From the IMG/VR virus record IMGVR_UViG_2671180676_000004, positions 2,122 through 66,121 of that record: a stretch of DNA of 64,000 nucleotides. One strand, given 5' to 3'. The position numbers and the translations under genes were made by a program. This stretch comes from a virus. Taxonomy: Duplodnaviria; Heunggongvirae; Uroviricota; Caudoviricetes. The notes below the pieces were generated by a model, which made no database searches, had not been told where the DNA came from, and saw only the letters and a list, made by a program, of their open reading frames with translations. Position 1 is the first letter of the stretch. Every line of letters begins with the position of its first letter. Below are positions 29,587-39,376 of this stretch, one piece after another.

Positions 29587-30842
29587 TGGCAATCCCGTCC
29601 TCGCTCAGTCTTGTGCAACTGCATTCTGGACAGATGAAAGTCTTCCAGTCTCCGCATCGATTTAAAGTTGTTTGTGCTGGTCGACGCTGGGGAAAATCCC
29701 GGTTGTCGATCTCCACTATTATTCGTGCGGCGGCAAAGGAAAAAAAGCAAAGGGTCTGGTATGTCGCTCCTACTTACCAGATGGCTCGCCAGATTTTGTG
29801 GGACGATCTACAGGAAGTTCTGCCTCGTAAGTGGGTTAGGAAAAAGAACGACACCACGATGACAATCGTGTTGAAGAACGGTTCGGAGATCGCCCTCAAA
29901 GGTGCTGATAAGCCTGACACTCTGCGCGGCGTAGCGTTGCATTTTGTAGTGCTTGATGAATTTCAGGATATGAAGGCTGACACCTGGTACAAGGTGTTAC
30001 GACCTACTCTTTCATCGACACGCGGCGGTGCACTGATCATTGGTACGCCAAAAGGTTTCTCGGAATTTCACAAACTGTGGACTATAGGCCAGAACGTAGA
30101 GCTGCAAAGAAAGGGACAGTGGAAGAGCTGGCAGTTTGTAACTGCCGATTCTCCGTTTGTGCCTACGGCGGAAATTGAAGCTGCTAAGAACGATATGGAC
30201 CCGAAATCGTTCGCTCAGGAGTACCTGGCGAGCTTTGAGAACATGTCCGGGCGCGTTTACTACCCGTTCGATCGTAACGTGCATGTAAAACCGCTTCAGT
30301 TCAACCCTCGGTTGCCTATATGGGTAGGGCAGGACTTCAACATTGACCCGATGTCTTCAGTAATTTTGCAACCTCAGCCAAATGGTGAGCTATGGGCAAT
30401 TGATGAATTGGTGCTCTTTTCCTCTAACACGGCAGAGGTTTGTGATGAGCTTGAGAGACGCTTCTGGCGCTGGAAATCACAGATAACGGTATTTCCAGAT
30501 CCGGCAGGTGCTTATCGCCAACATGCTCGCGGGGAGTCTGACGTCGACATATTCAAAGAGAAGGGATTCTTACGTGTCGATTATTCGAAAAAGCACCCGC
30601 CAATTGCGGATCGTGTTAATGCTGTTAACCGAATGCTGATGACCGCATCTGGAGATATCCGGTTGTATATCGATCCGAAGTGCAAGCATTTGATTGATTC
30701 ACTGGAAAAAGTCATCTACAAGCCTGGAACACGAGATATGGATAAGACAGGTGGCATTGAGCATAGTGCAGACGCATTGGGCTATCCAGTACATCGTAGG
30801 TATCCAGTCAAAAACCGTGTTATTCTTGGTGGTTCTCGATAG
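29586..30842 (+). CDS. terminase large subunit
   Basis: 418 aa; Walker A-like CAGRRWGKS; Walker B-like VVLDEF; position before portal. Confidence 0.85.
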   Translation: MAIPSSLSLVQLHSGQMKVFQSPHRFKVVCAGRRWGKSRLSISTIIRAAAKEKKQRVWYVAPTYQMARQILWDDLQEVLPRKWVRKKNDTTMTIVLKNGSEIALKGADKPDTLRGVALHFVVLDEFQDMKADTWYKVLRPTLSSTRGGALIIGTPKGFSEFHKLWTIGQNVELQRKGQWKSWQFVTADSPFVPTAEIEAAKNDMDPKSFAQEYLASFENMSGRVYYPFDRNVHVKPLQFNPRLPIWVGQDFNIDPMSSVILQPQPNGELWAIDELVLFSSNTAEVCDELERRFWRWKSQITVFPDPAGAYRQHARGESDVDIFKEKGFLRVDYSKKHPPIADRVNAVNRMLMTASGDIRLYIDPKCKHLIDSLEKVIYKPGTRDMDKTGGIEHSADALGYPVHRRYPVKNRVILGGSR

Positions 30843-30868
30843 GTAAGTAATTATCTAAGGTTATTCAA

Positions 30869-32443
30869 ATGGAATTGAACGACAAACAAATTAAGGATCT
30901 GGTGGCGCGACGCCACCCGGAATACGAAAAGAAAAAAGAACATTGGGACTTCCTCGCCAGCACTTACGCTGGCGGGCGTGGTTGGTTTACAGACAATATC
31001 TTTCGTTACTTTAAAGAGGGAGATCAGGAGTTTAAGGAGCGAGTTGAACGTGCTTATCGCTTCAACCACACTCGTGAGGTGGTAAACCTCATCAACAAAT
31101 ATCTCTTTAAAGAAGACATTCATAGAAATATCGAAGAGGCACCAGAGCAGATCCGCAATTTCTGGAAACGTGCGACTCGCCAGAATGCCTCTATTGACTC
31201 ATTTATGGCCGCTATTGATTTGCAGTCGTCTATTTACGGTCGCATATGGGTTGTTGTCGATAGCACGATGAGTGGTGATGTTGAGTCAGTAGCTGACGAG
31301 AAAAAGAAAGATGCTCGCGCCTACGCCTACTGGATTTCACCTCAGCAAATGCTGGATGTGGCATGGGACGACGACGGGAATATGTTGTGGGCGTTAATTG
31401 TGGAAGTCGCTCGTGATGACGCAGATCCTTTTACTTCTACAGGTCAGGAATACCAACGTTATCGTCTGTGGACACAAAACGAGTGGTATCTGTTCCGTGA
31501 GGAAGTGAAGAAGGGCGCTGGTGGAGCAGGTCGCCGTCAGGCAAAAGTTATTTTAGAGGATAGCGGTGAGCATAATCTCGGCGTAGTTCCTGTGTTTCCT
31601 GTTGATTGTATTGGAGAAAGTGAATCACCGTATTTCAGCCCATCGTTGATCGATGATATCGCTTATCTTGATCGTGCGGTTGCAAACTATCTGTCAAACC
31701 TTGATGCCATTATTCAGGATCAGACATTTAGCCAGTTGGCTATACCGGTACAGTCGCTTTTACCTGGTGATGAAAACCACACTAAAGTGCTTGAAATGGG
31801 CACAAAGCGAGTCTTCACCTACGATTCTGAAGGTGGAAACCAGCCGTTTTATCTGTCACCAGACCCGAAACAAGCTCAGATGATCATCACTACGATTAAG
31901 ACGGTGATTAACGAAATCTACCATTCAGTTGGTGTAGCTGGTGAGCGAACGAAGCAGGACAACGCACAGGGAATCGATAATTCATCTGGTGCCGCAAAAA
32001 TGTATGACTTCCAGCGTGTAAATAGCTTGCTTGTCACAAAAGCAGAGCGTCTGGAAAGGGCTGAACGCCAAATCATGCTACTGGTTGCGAAATGGATGGG
32101 GGTAGATCTGGACGAAGACCACTCTTTAATTGCGTATCCAGAAAGTTTCGATATTCGTGGCCTTACTGATGAATTTTCTGTTGCCGAGAAACTGTCATTA
32201 CTTCAGGCACCGGACTCTGTACGTCGTCACCAGATGGAAATGCTTATTGAGAAGATTTTCCCGAACATTACTGAGGCGATGAAAAAGGAATTTGATAAAG
32301 ATCTCTTGAATTTTCCTCCAAAAAATGATCTAAATACCCTTGAAAATAAGTCAGTACTTACTTATGATCGTGGTGCAGCCCAAGAAAGCGGGCAAGATCA
32401 ACCCCGAGGGAATGGGGACTCATCTACTCAAGAGAACGAGTGA
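30869..32443 (+). CDS. portal protein
   Basis: 524 aa following terminase; size and position typical of siphovirus portal. Confidence 0.7.
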   Translation: MELNDKQIKDLVARRHPEYEKKKEHWDFLASTYAGGRGWFTDNIFRYFKEGDQEFKERVERAYRFNHTREVVNLINKYLFKEDIHRNIEEAPEQIRNFWKRATRQNASIDSFMAAIDLQSSIYGRIWVVVDSTMSGDVESVADEKKKDARAYAYWISPQQMLDVAWDDDGNMLWALIVEVARDDADPFTSTGQEYQRYRLWTQNEWYLFREEVKKGAGGAGRRQAKVILEDSGEHNLGVVPVFPVDCIGESESPYFSPSLIDDIAYLDRAVANYLSNLDAIIQDQTFSQLAIPVQSLLPGDENHTKVLEMGTKRVFTYDSEGGNQPFYLSPDPKQAQMIITTIKTVINEIYHSVGVAGERTKQDNAQGIDNSSGAAKMYDFQRVNSLLVTKAERLERAERQIMLLVAKWMGVDLDEDHSLIAYPESFDIRGLTDEFSVAEKLSLLQAPDSVRRHQMEMLIEKIFPNITEAMKKEFDKDLLNFPPKNDLNTLENKSVLTYDRGAAQESGQDQPRGNGDSSTQENE

Positions 32444-32464
32444 TAAGTAACAAAGGGAATTTTT

Positions 32465-33352
32465 ATGAAACTGTGGCAAATGCTTTTGGCCCGTCGTGGT
32501 CTGATGGATGTTGCTGAAGCGCATGAGCGTGGGGGCGCTGGCGGTGTAGCTGCTGATAATGAGCAGAGTACACAAGATCCTGACAAGCAGGGTGAACAAA
32601 AAGAGCAGCCGAAGGGTGATGACGAATACGCTGGCATGACTCATGAAGAGTTACTGGCCGAACTTCGCAAAACCAAGAAAGCTGGTGCTGAACTGCTGAA
32701 AGAGAACATGAAGCGCAAAGAGAAAGAGCGCACATTGGCCGATCAGCTTGCTCAGTACGGTGAAATCGACCCGGCGCGTGCTCGCCAGCTTTTAGAAGCT
32801 GAACAGGCCGCAGAAAACGCACGTCGTGAGGCGGAGCAAGCTGAACTGGAGCGTCGTGGTGAGTTCGATGCTGTTAAAAAACAGATGATCGAAGCACACC
32901 AGGCAGAGCTGGCACAGCGTGACGAACGTTATGCAGCACTGGAAAGTGAAAACGCATCACTGAAATCTCAATTAGTCGAGATGACCGTGGGCGCTTCCTT
33001 CAGTAACTCTCTCTTCCTACGTGACAAAGTTCTGATGACTCCGGCAAAAGCCCGCGTGATCTACGGTTCTCATTTTGAAGTGGGTGAAGACGGTAGCGTA
33101 GTGGGTTATGACAAACCGGCAGGTCATAAAGAACGAGCTGTTCTGGTTGACGGTGAAGGTAAGCCGTTGCCGTTTGAATCCGCGATTGAACGCATTGTGC
33201 GGGCAGATCCGGAAGCTGACGCATTGATGCGTAGCGAAGCCAAGCAGGGTGTAGGCTCACATTCCAAATCGACCTACACAATATCCCAACCGAAGAACAA
33301 GTCGACTATGGATAAGTTGGCCTCCGGTCTGGGGAAAATTGGACTTAAGTAA
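32465..33352 (+). CDS. scaffolding protein (putative)
   Basis: 295 aa, highly charged Ala/Glu/Lys/Arg-rich predicted coiled coil between portal and capsid genes. Confidence 0.5.
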   Translation: MKLWQMLLARRGLMDVAEAHERGGAGGVAADNEQSTQDPDKQGEQKEQPKGDDEYAGMTHEELLAELRKTKKAGAELLKENMKRKEKERTLADQLAQYGEIDPARARQLLEAEQAAENARREAEQAELERRGEFDAVKKQMIEAHQAELAQRDERYAALESENASLKSQLVEMTVGASFSNSLFLRDKVLMTPAKARVIYGSHFEVGEDGSVVGYDKPAGHKERAVLVDGEGKPLPFESAIERIVRADPEADALMRSEAKQGVGSHSKSTYTISQPKNKSTMDKLASGLGKIGLK

Positions 33353-33377
33353 CATCTAAATCAAAGGGAATTGATAG

Positions 33378-34253
33378 ATGCCATTACTGCGTGAAGAAGC
33401 TGAAAAGCTGTCTAACAACGAACTTGAACAGGGCGTGATTGAAACCATCATCGATCGCGATGACCTGTTTGCCATCCTGCCTTTTATGAAAATTACTTCA
33501 AAGGCATATCTGTACAACCGTGAAAAAACGCTGAGTGAAGCTACCTTCATCGACGTTAACGACACCATCCCGGAAGGTGCAGCAACCTTCGAAGAATGCG
33601 TTGCGAAACTGCGTATTCTGGCTGGTGACGTAGACGTTGATAAATTCCTGGCAACCACTATGGCCGACACCAATAACCAGTTGGCTATTCAGGTTCGTCA
33701 GAAAGTTAAAGGTCTGGCTCGTGCGTTCCGTCGCAATCTGATTTTGGGTGACTCCAGCACCAACAACAAAGCGTTTGACGGCATTCCACGCCTGATGCAC
33801 GCAGATCAGAAGATCGATATCGCCGGTGCATCTATGACTTTCTCTATGTTCGACGAACTGGTCGATGCGGTGAAAGATCTTGGTGCTGACTGCATCATGA
33901 TGCGTTCAGAGCACCTTCGTGCTTACCGTGCGCTGCTGCGTACAGTAAACGTAGGTCCGTCTGAAATCATGATGGAGAACTTCGGTCGTCCGATGCTGTG
34001 TCATAACGGCGTTCCGTTCATCATCAACGACTTCATCCCGACTGATTCTGGCAAAGCAAGCATCTACTGCTTGCATCTGTCAGAAGAGAACGGCGTTACT
34101 GGTCTGTATGGCGGCGATAACGCAGGTATCGTTGTTGAAAACATTGGTACTGTACAGAACAAAGACGCAGTACGTACCCGTGTGAAGTGGTACTGCTCTC
34201 TGGCGAATAAGCACGATAAGGCTATCGCTGCACTGACCAATGTAAAAATTTAA
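33378..34253 (+). CDS. major capsid protein
   Basis: 291 aa after scaffold; strong intrinsic terminator 34285-34313 downstream, as expected for a highly expressed capsid gene. Confidence 0.65.
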   Translation: MPLLREEAEKLSNNELEQGVIETIIDRDDLFAILPFMKITSKAYLYNREKTLSEATFIDVNDTIPEGAATFEECVAKLRILAGDVDVDKFLATTMADTNNQLAIQVRQKVKGLARAFRRNLILGDSSTNNKAFDGIPRLMHADQKIDIAGASMTFSMFDELVDAVKDLGADCIMMRSEHLRAYRALLRTVNVGPSEIMMENFGRPMLCHNGVPFIINDFIPTDSGKASIYCLHLSEENGVTGLYGGDNAGIVVENIGTVQNKDAVRTRVKWYCSLANKHDKAIAALTNVKI

Positions 34254-34284
34254 TCAGTGTAGTAGATAAGTAGTTATCTATGTT

Positions 34285-34313
34285 AAAGGGTGGGCTATAC
34301 GCCCACCCTTTTT
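34285..34313 (+). terminator. intrinsic terminator after major capsid gene
   Basis: AAAGGGTGGGC-tatac-GCCCACCCTTT followed by TTG. Confidence 0.7.
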
Positions 34314-34326
34314 GTAGGAGCGAGAA

Positions 34327-35247
34327 ATGCCAGAACAAAAGATGAAGATTACGGAAGAGGCATTTTCGGATTTTACGGGGCATATGTGCCGTGCCGGATT
34401 TACCAATTCTATCTCCGATGAACCTTTAACCGAGCGGCAACAAAGTCAGCTATCTGCTTGTTTGCAGGCGGTTCCCCTCTCCCAATCCGTAAACATAACC
34501 CCGGCTTCACCGTCAGTTTTGGTTGGGAAAACTGTTCAACTTAGTGCAGGTATTAGTATGGGTAAGAGTGCCAGTTCATTCACCTGGAAGTCAGCCAATG
34601 ACCAAATTGCAACCGTTAACGGCACTGGATTAGTAACTGGCGTAGCACCAGGCAAAGTAAAAATTACTGCAACTGATCAGGAAACCCAGCTTTCCGCTTC
34701 AGTGGAAGTCACCGTAAATCCGGTAGCCGTTCAATCCGTAACGGTAACGCCAGAATCAACGTCTGTTGAGAAAGGGAAATCAGTCAGTCTGAAAGCGAAT
34801 GTTCAGCCGTCAAATGCGACGAATAAGGCTGTTACCTGGTCTTCCAAAAATGAAGATAAGGCAACGGTAGACCAGAGCGGGAACGTTACTGGTGTAGAAG
34901 TTGGCACTGCGACGATTGAGATCGTTTCCCAAGATGGCAGCAAAAAGGCAACTGCAACGGTGGAAGTAACTGCGCCTGTTGTGGCTGTTACCGGCGTCGA
35001 AATCGACCCAAATAGCACAACCGTTGAGGCAAACAAAACTGTTCAGCTGACAGCAAATGTCGAGCCGGCAGGAGCCACAAATAAAACCGTTACTTGGGAA
35101 TCCAAAAATACCGAGTTTGCAACGGTTGACAGCGAAACCGGTGTTGTAACTGGTGTTGCGGCTGGTACTGCCACAATCGAGGTTACTACCCAAGATGGTA
35201 GCCACAAAGCGACAGCAACTGTAGAAGTTACTGCCGCACAGGAATAA
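34327..35247 (+). CDS. Ig-like (Big_2-type) domain protein, likely capsid decoration
   Basis: 306 aa with four tandem repeats of about 80 aa carrying the pattern VTGV..GTATIEV. Confidence 0.6.
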   Translation: MPEQKMKITEEAFSDFTGHMCRAGFTNSISDEPLTERQQSQLSACLQAVPLSQSVNITPASPSVLVGKTVQLSAGISMGKSASSFTWKSANDQIATVNGTGLVTGVAPGKVKITATDQETQLSASVEVTVNPVAVQSVTVTPESTSVEKGKSVSLKANVQPSNATNKAVTWSSKNEDKATVDQSGNVTGVEVGTATIEIVSQDGSKKATATVEVTAPVVAVTGVEIDPNSTTVEANKTVQLTANVEPAGATNKTVTWESKNTEFATVDSETGVVTGVAAGTATIEVTTQDGSHKATATVEVTAAQE

Positions 35248-35291
35248 CCGATATTGGGCGGCTTTCGCCGCCCAAGTGGAGAGAAAGCGTT

Positions 35292-35726
35292 ATGAAACCA
35301 GCAAAAATTGTTTTATTAGAACCGCAATTTTCCGGTTATTCGGGAATGCTGTGTGGCGTTCAGTTCGAGAACGGGGTATCCGTAGCGGAGTTGCCTTTTA
35401 TCGATCAGCAGAGGATTTGTGCTTCAATGCGAGCGTCAACAGTAGAGGGCAAAAATGTTTCTCCGTCTGCCGCATACAGTGATCGTGGTGAATTGACAGC
35501 AGACCTGATTACCGAGCCAGCAGCGCCTGACATTGTGCCAATGAAACGTGGGACACCAGATGAACCGGCCAAACAGATCCAGACTTTCACACGAGAAGAG
35601 CTGGAGTCAATTGCAGACAACGAAGGTATTGCCGGTCTACGAGTTATTGGTAATCAGGTTGGTGTCAAAGCGAAAGGAATTGTCGAAATGATTGACGGCA
35701 TCCTGAAAGCACAAGGCGGTGAGTAA
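35292..35726 (+). CDS. head-tail connector-region protein (hypothetical)
   Basis: position in morphogenesis operon only. Confidence 0.3.
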   Translation: MKPAKIVLLEPQFSGYSGMLCGVQFENGVSVAELPFIDQQRICASMRASTVEGKNVSPSAAYSDRGELTADLITEPAAPDIVPMKRGTPDEPAKQIQTFTREELESIADNEGIAGLRVIGNQVGVKAKGIVEMIDGILKAQGGE

Positions 35727-36559
35727 TGGCGCAGATCGACTCGTATCGTAGCGGTGAAGCTGTTTCTCTTTCATTTGCCTTCAACGTGCTGGATATCGAA
35801 TCTGCCACCTACACAGTAAAGGACAGCACCGGGGCTATTCTCGTTGATGGCGAGCCGCTAGAAATTACCATCGGTCAAATGTCGATTCCGGTTGTCGTGT
35901 CGGCTGAATATAACCAGCTCTCTGAGAAAGAGCGAGATCTGCGGTACGTCATTGTGAAGGCTGTTGCATCGGGTCTGACGCATGAAGAGCGGCAAATGTA
36001 TGTTCTGCTGAATAGTTTTGAACTGTCGATACCAGAACAGTCGTTTGCAACTGTCGCTGATGCTCAAATGCAGGCGATCGATATGCTGAATGGGGACACT
36101 TTGCTGTCGGATGGTGAAGGCTTAATGCGCAAGCGTCTCATTGAGGCTACCAGACGAATTAAAACTTTACCGTTCTCAATCCGCAAAATTCTACGTATCG
36201 ACTTTGACCGATACGATCGCCCTCAAAATATGCTGAATGTGTATGACATTCCGTGGGGAGCAGATGGAGCGTACCGGCATGATTTAGTCGATTGGGAAAA
36301 GATGACGCAGGAGAAGTTTGAAGAGTTCCCTGACTACTTCAAAGAAGCGTTGATGCTTGCCGTTGTCAACGAAGCGTGTGAGATCGCAAATGGCAATGAT
36401 GTAGCCGCAGCACGAGAGGATGGCATTTTGTCAGAGTCCATCGGTGAAACAACCAACATGTACCGTACCGGTAAAGCTGCAAACGTGCATGTGGCTCGTA
36501 GTACCTGGCGCTTGCTGGTCAGTTACATCAACAACCGTATGATTGTTCGCCGTGCGTAA
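35726..36559 (+). CDS. hypothetical structural protein
   Basis: 277 aa, start overlaps previous stop; position only. Confidence 0.3.
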   Translation: MAQIDSYRSGEAVSLSFAFNVLDIESATYTVKDSTGAILVDGEPLEITIGQMSIPVVVSAEYNQLSEKERDLRYVIVKAVASGLTHEERQMYVLLNSFELSIPEQSFATVADAQMQAIDMLNGDTLLSDGEGLMRKRLIEATRRIKTLPFSIRKILRIDFDRYDRPQNMLNVYDIPWGADGAYRHDLVDWEKMTQEKFEEFPDYFKEALMLAVVNEACEIANGNDVAAAREDGILSESIGETTNMYRTGKAANVHVARSTWRLLVSYINNRMIVRRA

Positions 36560-36638
36560 CGCCAGTCGCATTATTTACTTTTGGTCGAAAGGTTTTTTGG
36601 CCAGTAATGAGAGCGACCGACAACAACAGGGAGAGAGC

Positions 36639-36983
36639 ATGAATATTTCATGGCAAACAGAAATTGCGATCTACCGCTTTGGCGCAAAGAACGTTTACGG
36701 TGAGGCGCAATTACAATTCGTCAGGAAGACGAATGTCGGCGTGGTTAAGTTCGAACAGAGTAATGAGAAATCGTCAGTTCGTGCTGATAGCTCTGGTAGT
36801 CGTGGTAAGGCGAGTCTGGAGCTGTTTGATGCTGTGTTAGTTGTCCCTTTAGAAGCGGCTGTACAACTTGATGATGTACTGATCCTTGAAGGTCAAAAAT
36901 TAAAGGTGTCCAGTGTTCATCGCCGCTGGGGGCTACGAGGAAGACCTGGGCATCTTGAAGTAGGGGCGAATATATGGGTCTGA
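36639..36983 (+). CDS. head-tail joining protein (hypothetical)
   Basis: ATG 36639 with AGGGAGAG upstream; position only. Confidence 0.3.
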   Translation: MNISWQTEIAIYRFGAKNVYGEAQLQFVRKTNVGVVKFEQSNEKSSVRADSSGSRGKASLELFDAVLVVPLEAAVQLDDVLILEGQKLKVSSVHRRWGLRGRPGHLEVGANIWV

Positions 36984-37447
36984 AATACGATGCGCATCAG
37001 TTCAAACGTGCGGGGAATAGACTCAACAACAGCCAGAAAGCATTTAAGCGATATCTTATTCGGGACATGGAAAAGCTGGCGCGTTTGGTTGAGCGCCTCA
37101 GCCGTGCAATGGCCCCGCTGGAAACCGGATCTCTGGAGACAGCCATCTTTGCCAGGGTGATTAAAGAAGGTTATTCAGGGCTGCGTATTGAGCTTTCTGT
37201 GTCTGGAGCAAAACCACGTCAGGGGCATCCGGGCGTAGAAGTAGGTGACTATGCTAAGTACATGGAGCTGGGTAAATACCGACTCGGTTATCTTTCTCGA
37301 ATGAAGAACGTGACAAACCCACCAATTGCCGGTGTTAAACCCCGTGTTGGGCCACACTTTCTGGAAAGAGCGGTGGAAATTAGCGAGAAGCAGTTCTCAG
37401 AAGCGATTCTTGAGGCTGCCAGAAAAGCCGGATTTACGAGAGGTTAA
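36974..37447 (+). CDS. head-tail / tail completion protein (hypothetical)
   Basis: 157 aa, overlapping starts typical of the late operon. Confidence 0.3.
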   Translation: MGLKYDAHQFKRAGNRLNNSQKAFKRYLIRDMEKLARLVERLSRAMAPLETGSLETAIFARVIKEGYSGLRIELSVSGAKPRQGHPGVEVGDYAKYMELGKYRLGYLSRMKNVTNPPIAGVKPRVGPHFLERAVEISEKQFSEAILEAARKAGFTRG

Positions 37448-37448
37448 T

Positions 37449-37832
37449 GTGTTTATTGAAGCGTTTGCAAGTTTGATGCAGAAGGCAAAGATTGGCACGG
37501 TCGGGACTGACATTTTCTGTCACTACTTGCCTGCCAATGTGAAATCTGGCGTCCTGCTTATTAACCCAAATACCGGTATCAGCATCGATCATGAGCTACA
37601 GGGCTTTTATCACGAATCATTCACAATCATTGTGCGTGGTTCGTCAATTACTACGACGGTTGAGAAAGCCAATAAAATCATTGAGATGTTTCCAGTAGAG
37701 GAAACGGAATCTGGTGGTGTTTATTTTCGACTTGTACGACCGATGGCGATGCCAATCATTTATCCCAAAAATGATGGGGCATTAATAGAAGCAGGCATTC
37801 CTGTTGAATTTGCTGGCTATTTATTGAATTAA
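37449..37832 (+). CDS. tail completion-type protein (hypothetical)
   Basis: GTG 37449 directly after previous stop; position only. Confidence 0.25.
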   Translation: MFIEAFASLMQKAKIGTVGTDIFCHYLPANVKSGVLLINPNTGISIDHELQGFYHESFTIIVRGSSITTTVEKANKIIEMFPVEETESGGVYFRLVRPMAMPIIYPKNDGALIEAGIPVEFAGYLLN

Positions 37833-37906
37833 CTCAATTGGTAAGTATATACTTACTATTAGCGCAATGAATGCGTAGAATTAACGGAAAAAGGAGTTTT
37901 CCATCA

Positions 37907-38653
37907 ATGTCTAATACCCATGTAAAAAACATCAAACTTGGTGCCTGTAAGGTGTCGTTTGGTGGTGTGGATTTGGGTTACACCAAAGGTGGTGTTCAGG
38001 TTGAAGTAGCCACTGAAACGCTGAAAGTCACCGTCGATCAGTTGGGGCAGACCGTAATTTCCGAATTAGTTCAGGGGCGCAACATTACCATCACCGCGCC
38101 TCTGGCTGAGTCTGTACTCCAAAACATGGTTGACCTGATGCCTGGTTCTACTCTGAGCGAAGATGACAACTCTGTCACGATCACATCTGCACAGGGCGTT
38201 AACCTGATTGATGTGGCGAAGGAGCTGGTTCTGACTCCGCAGGACACCACCGACTATGTGTTGACCATCCCGAAAGCGGCAACCGCGGGCAACTTCACTA
38301 TGACCTACCAGTCTGATGATGTTCGTGTGTTCTCTGTTCAGTTCAGCGCATACCCGGATGATGAAGGCGTTCTGGGCAAAATGAGCGGTCCTAAACCGGT
38401 AAAAACTGTGTCGATCTCACCGGAATCTCCAACCGTAAAAGCTGGAGAAACTGTGCAACTGACAGCCGAAATCACTCCAGCTGATGCCGCAGACAAAACC
38501 GGTGTTTGGGAATCCGAAGACCAGGAAAAGGCCACGGTAGATCAAACGGGTCTTGTGCGCGGTGTGGCGCAGGGTACTGCAAACATCTCCTTCACCAGCA
38601 ATAGCGGTTCTAAGAAGGCTACTAAGTCAGTAACGATTAACTCCGCAGATTAA
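37907..38653 (+). CDS. major tail protein with C-terminal Ig-like domain
   Basis: ATG 37907 with AAGGAG 9 bp upstream; C-terminal Big_2-like repeat (VTGV..GTA.I); terminator 38666-38693 downstream. Confidence 0.65.
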   Translation: MSNTHVKNIKLGACKVSFGGVDLGYTKGGVQVEVATETLKVTVDQLGQTVISELVQGRNITITAPLAESVLQNMVDLMPGSTLSEDDNSVTITSAQGVNLIDVAKELVLTPQDTTDYVLTIPKAATAGNFTMTYQSDDVRVFSVQFSAYPDDEGVLGKMSGPKPVKTVSISPESPTVKAGETVQLTAEITPADAADKTGVWESEDQEKATVDQTGLVRGVAQGTANISFTSNSGSKKATKSVTINSAD

Positions 38654-38665
38654 TCAGTAATTAAG

Positions 38666-38693
38666 CAGAGGCTCAGGATGAGCCTCTCTTTTA
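38666..38693 (+). terminator. intrinsic terminator after major tail gene
   Basis: AGAGGCTCA-gga-TGAGCCTCT followed by CTTTT. Confidence 0.6.
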
Positions 38694-38708
38694 AAAGGAT
38701 TTTAACCA

Positions 38709-39026
38709 ATGACCAAATTACTCGATCTCGATTCCATTCTGCCTCCGAAGAAAAGCATCAAATTTGGCGGTCAGGAATATCCCATCGTTGAAATGACGGT
38801 AGGTCTGTTCGTTTCCATCAAGCAGATGGAAGGCAAAGATCTCATGAACATGTCTCCTGTTGAGCAAGTGACAGCTTATGCAGATCTGGTTCGTAAGGTT
38901 ATCCCTTCAGTACCTGACGAAGTTCTTGAAAAACTGACTGTTCCGCAACTCCAGCAGATCTTCACCTTCGCTATGGAAGTGATTGATGAAGAAAACGAAA
39001 AAGCGGCTGGCGAAGGGGCAAAGTAA
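38709..39026 (+). CDS. tail assembly chaperone (gpG-like)
   Basis: 105-aa acidic protein immediately upstream of tape measure gene. Confidence 0.55.
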   Translation: MTKLLDLDSILPPKKSIKFGGQEYPIVEMTVGLFVSIKQMEGKDLMNMSPVEQVTAYADLVRKVIPSVPDEVLEKLTVPQLQQIFTFAMEVIDEENEKAAGEGAK

Positions 39027-39106
39027 TTTCCCGCGATGAATCCGGGACAAGGACCGTCTCAATAGATCTCGGATTCTATTTCAGTCGTGTAGTTGCTCAC
39101 TACGCC

Positions 39107-39376
39107 GTGTCGCCATTAGAGCTACTGAACGTTCCTCTCACGATGTTCTGGATGCTCAGTCGCAATATAGACCGTCTGCGTGCGGAAGAGGATGTCCGCA
39201 ACTTACAAGTCGCTCGTGCGTCCCAGGCGGATGGCGAGGCTGTGAAGGCGTTCATGGAGGGTTTGCAACTCAGGATTGGAAGACCAGTCGTAACAGATAA
39301 AGTCTACGATCCAAGCCAGGATAAGGCAGACCCTGACGCCAAAGAGCAACTGATGCAAATATTTGGCAGAGGATGA
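39107..39376 (+). CDS. tail assembly chaperone extension (gpT-like; probable frameshift product with 38709-39026)
   Basis: -1 frame relative to upstream ORF; this frame is open from 38990; likely expressed as a G-T fusion rather than from its own start. Confidence 0.35.
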   Translation: MSPLELLNVPLTMFWMLSRNIDRLRAEEDVRNLQVARASQADGEAVKAFMEGLQLRIGRPVVTDKVYDPSQDKADPDAKEQLMQIFGRG

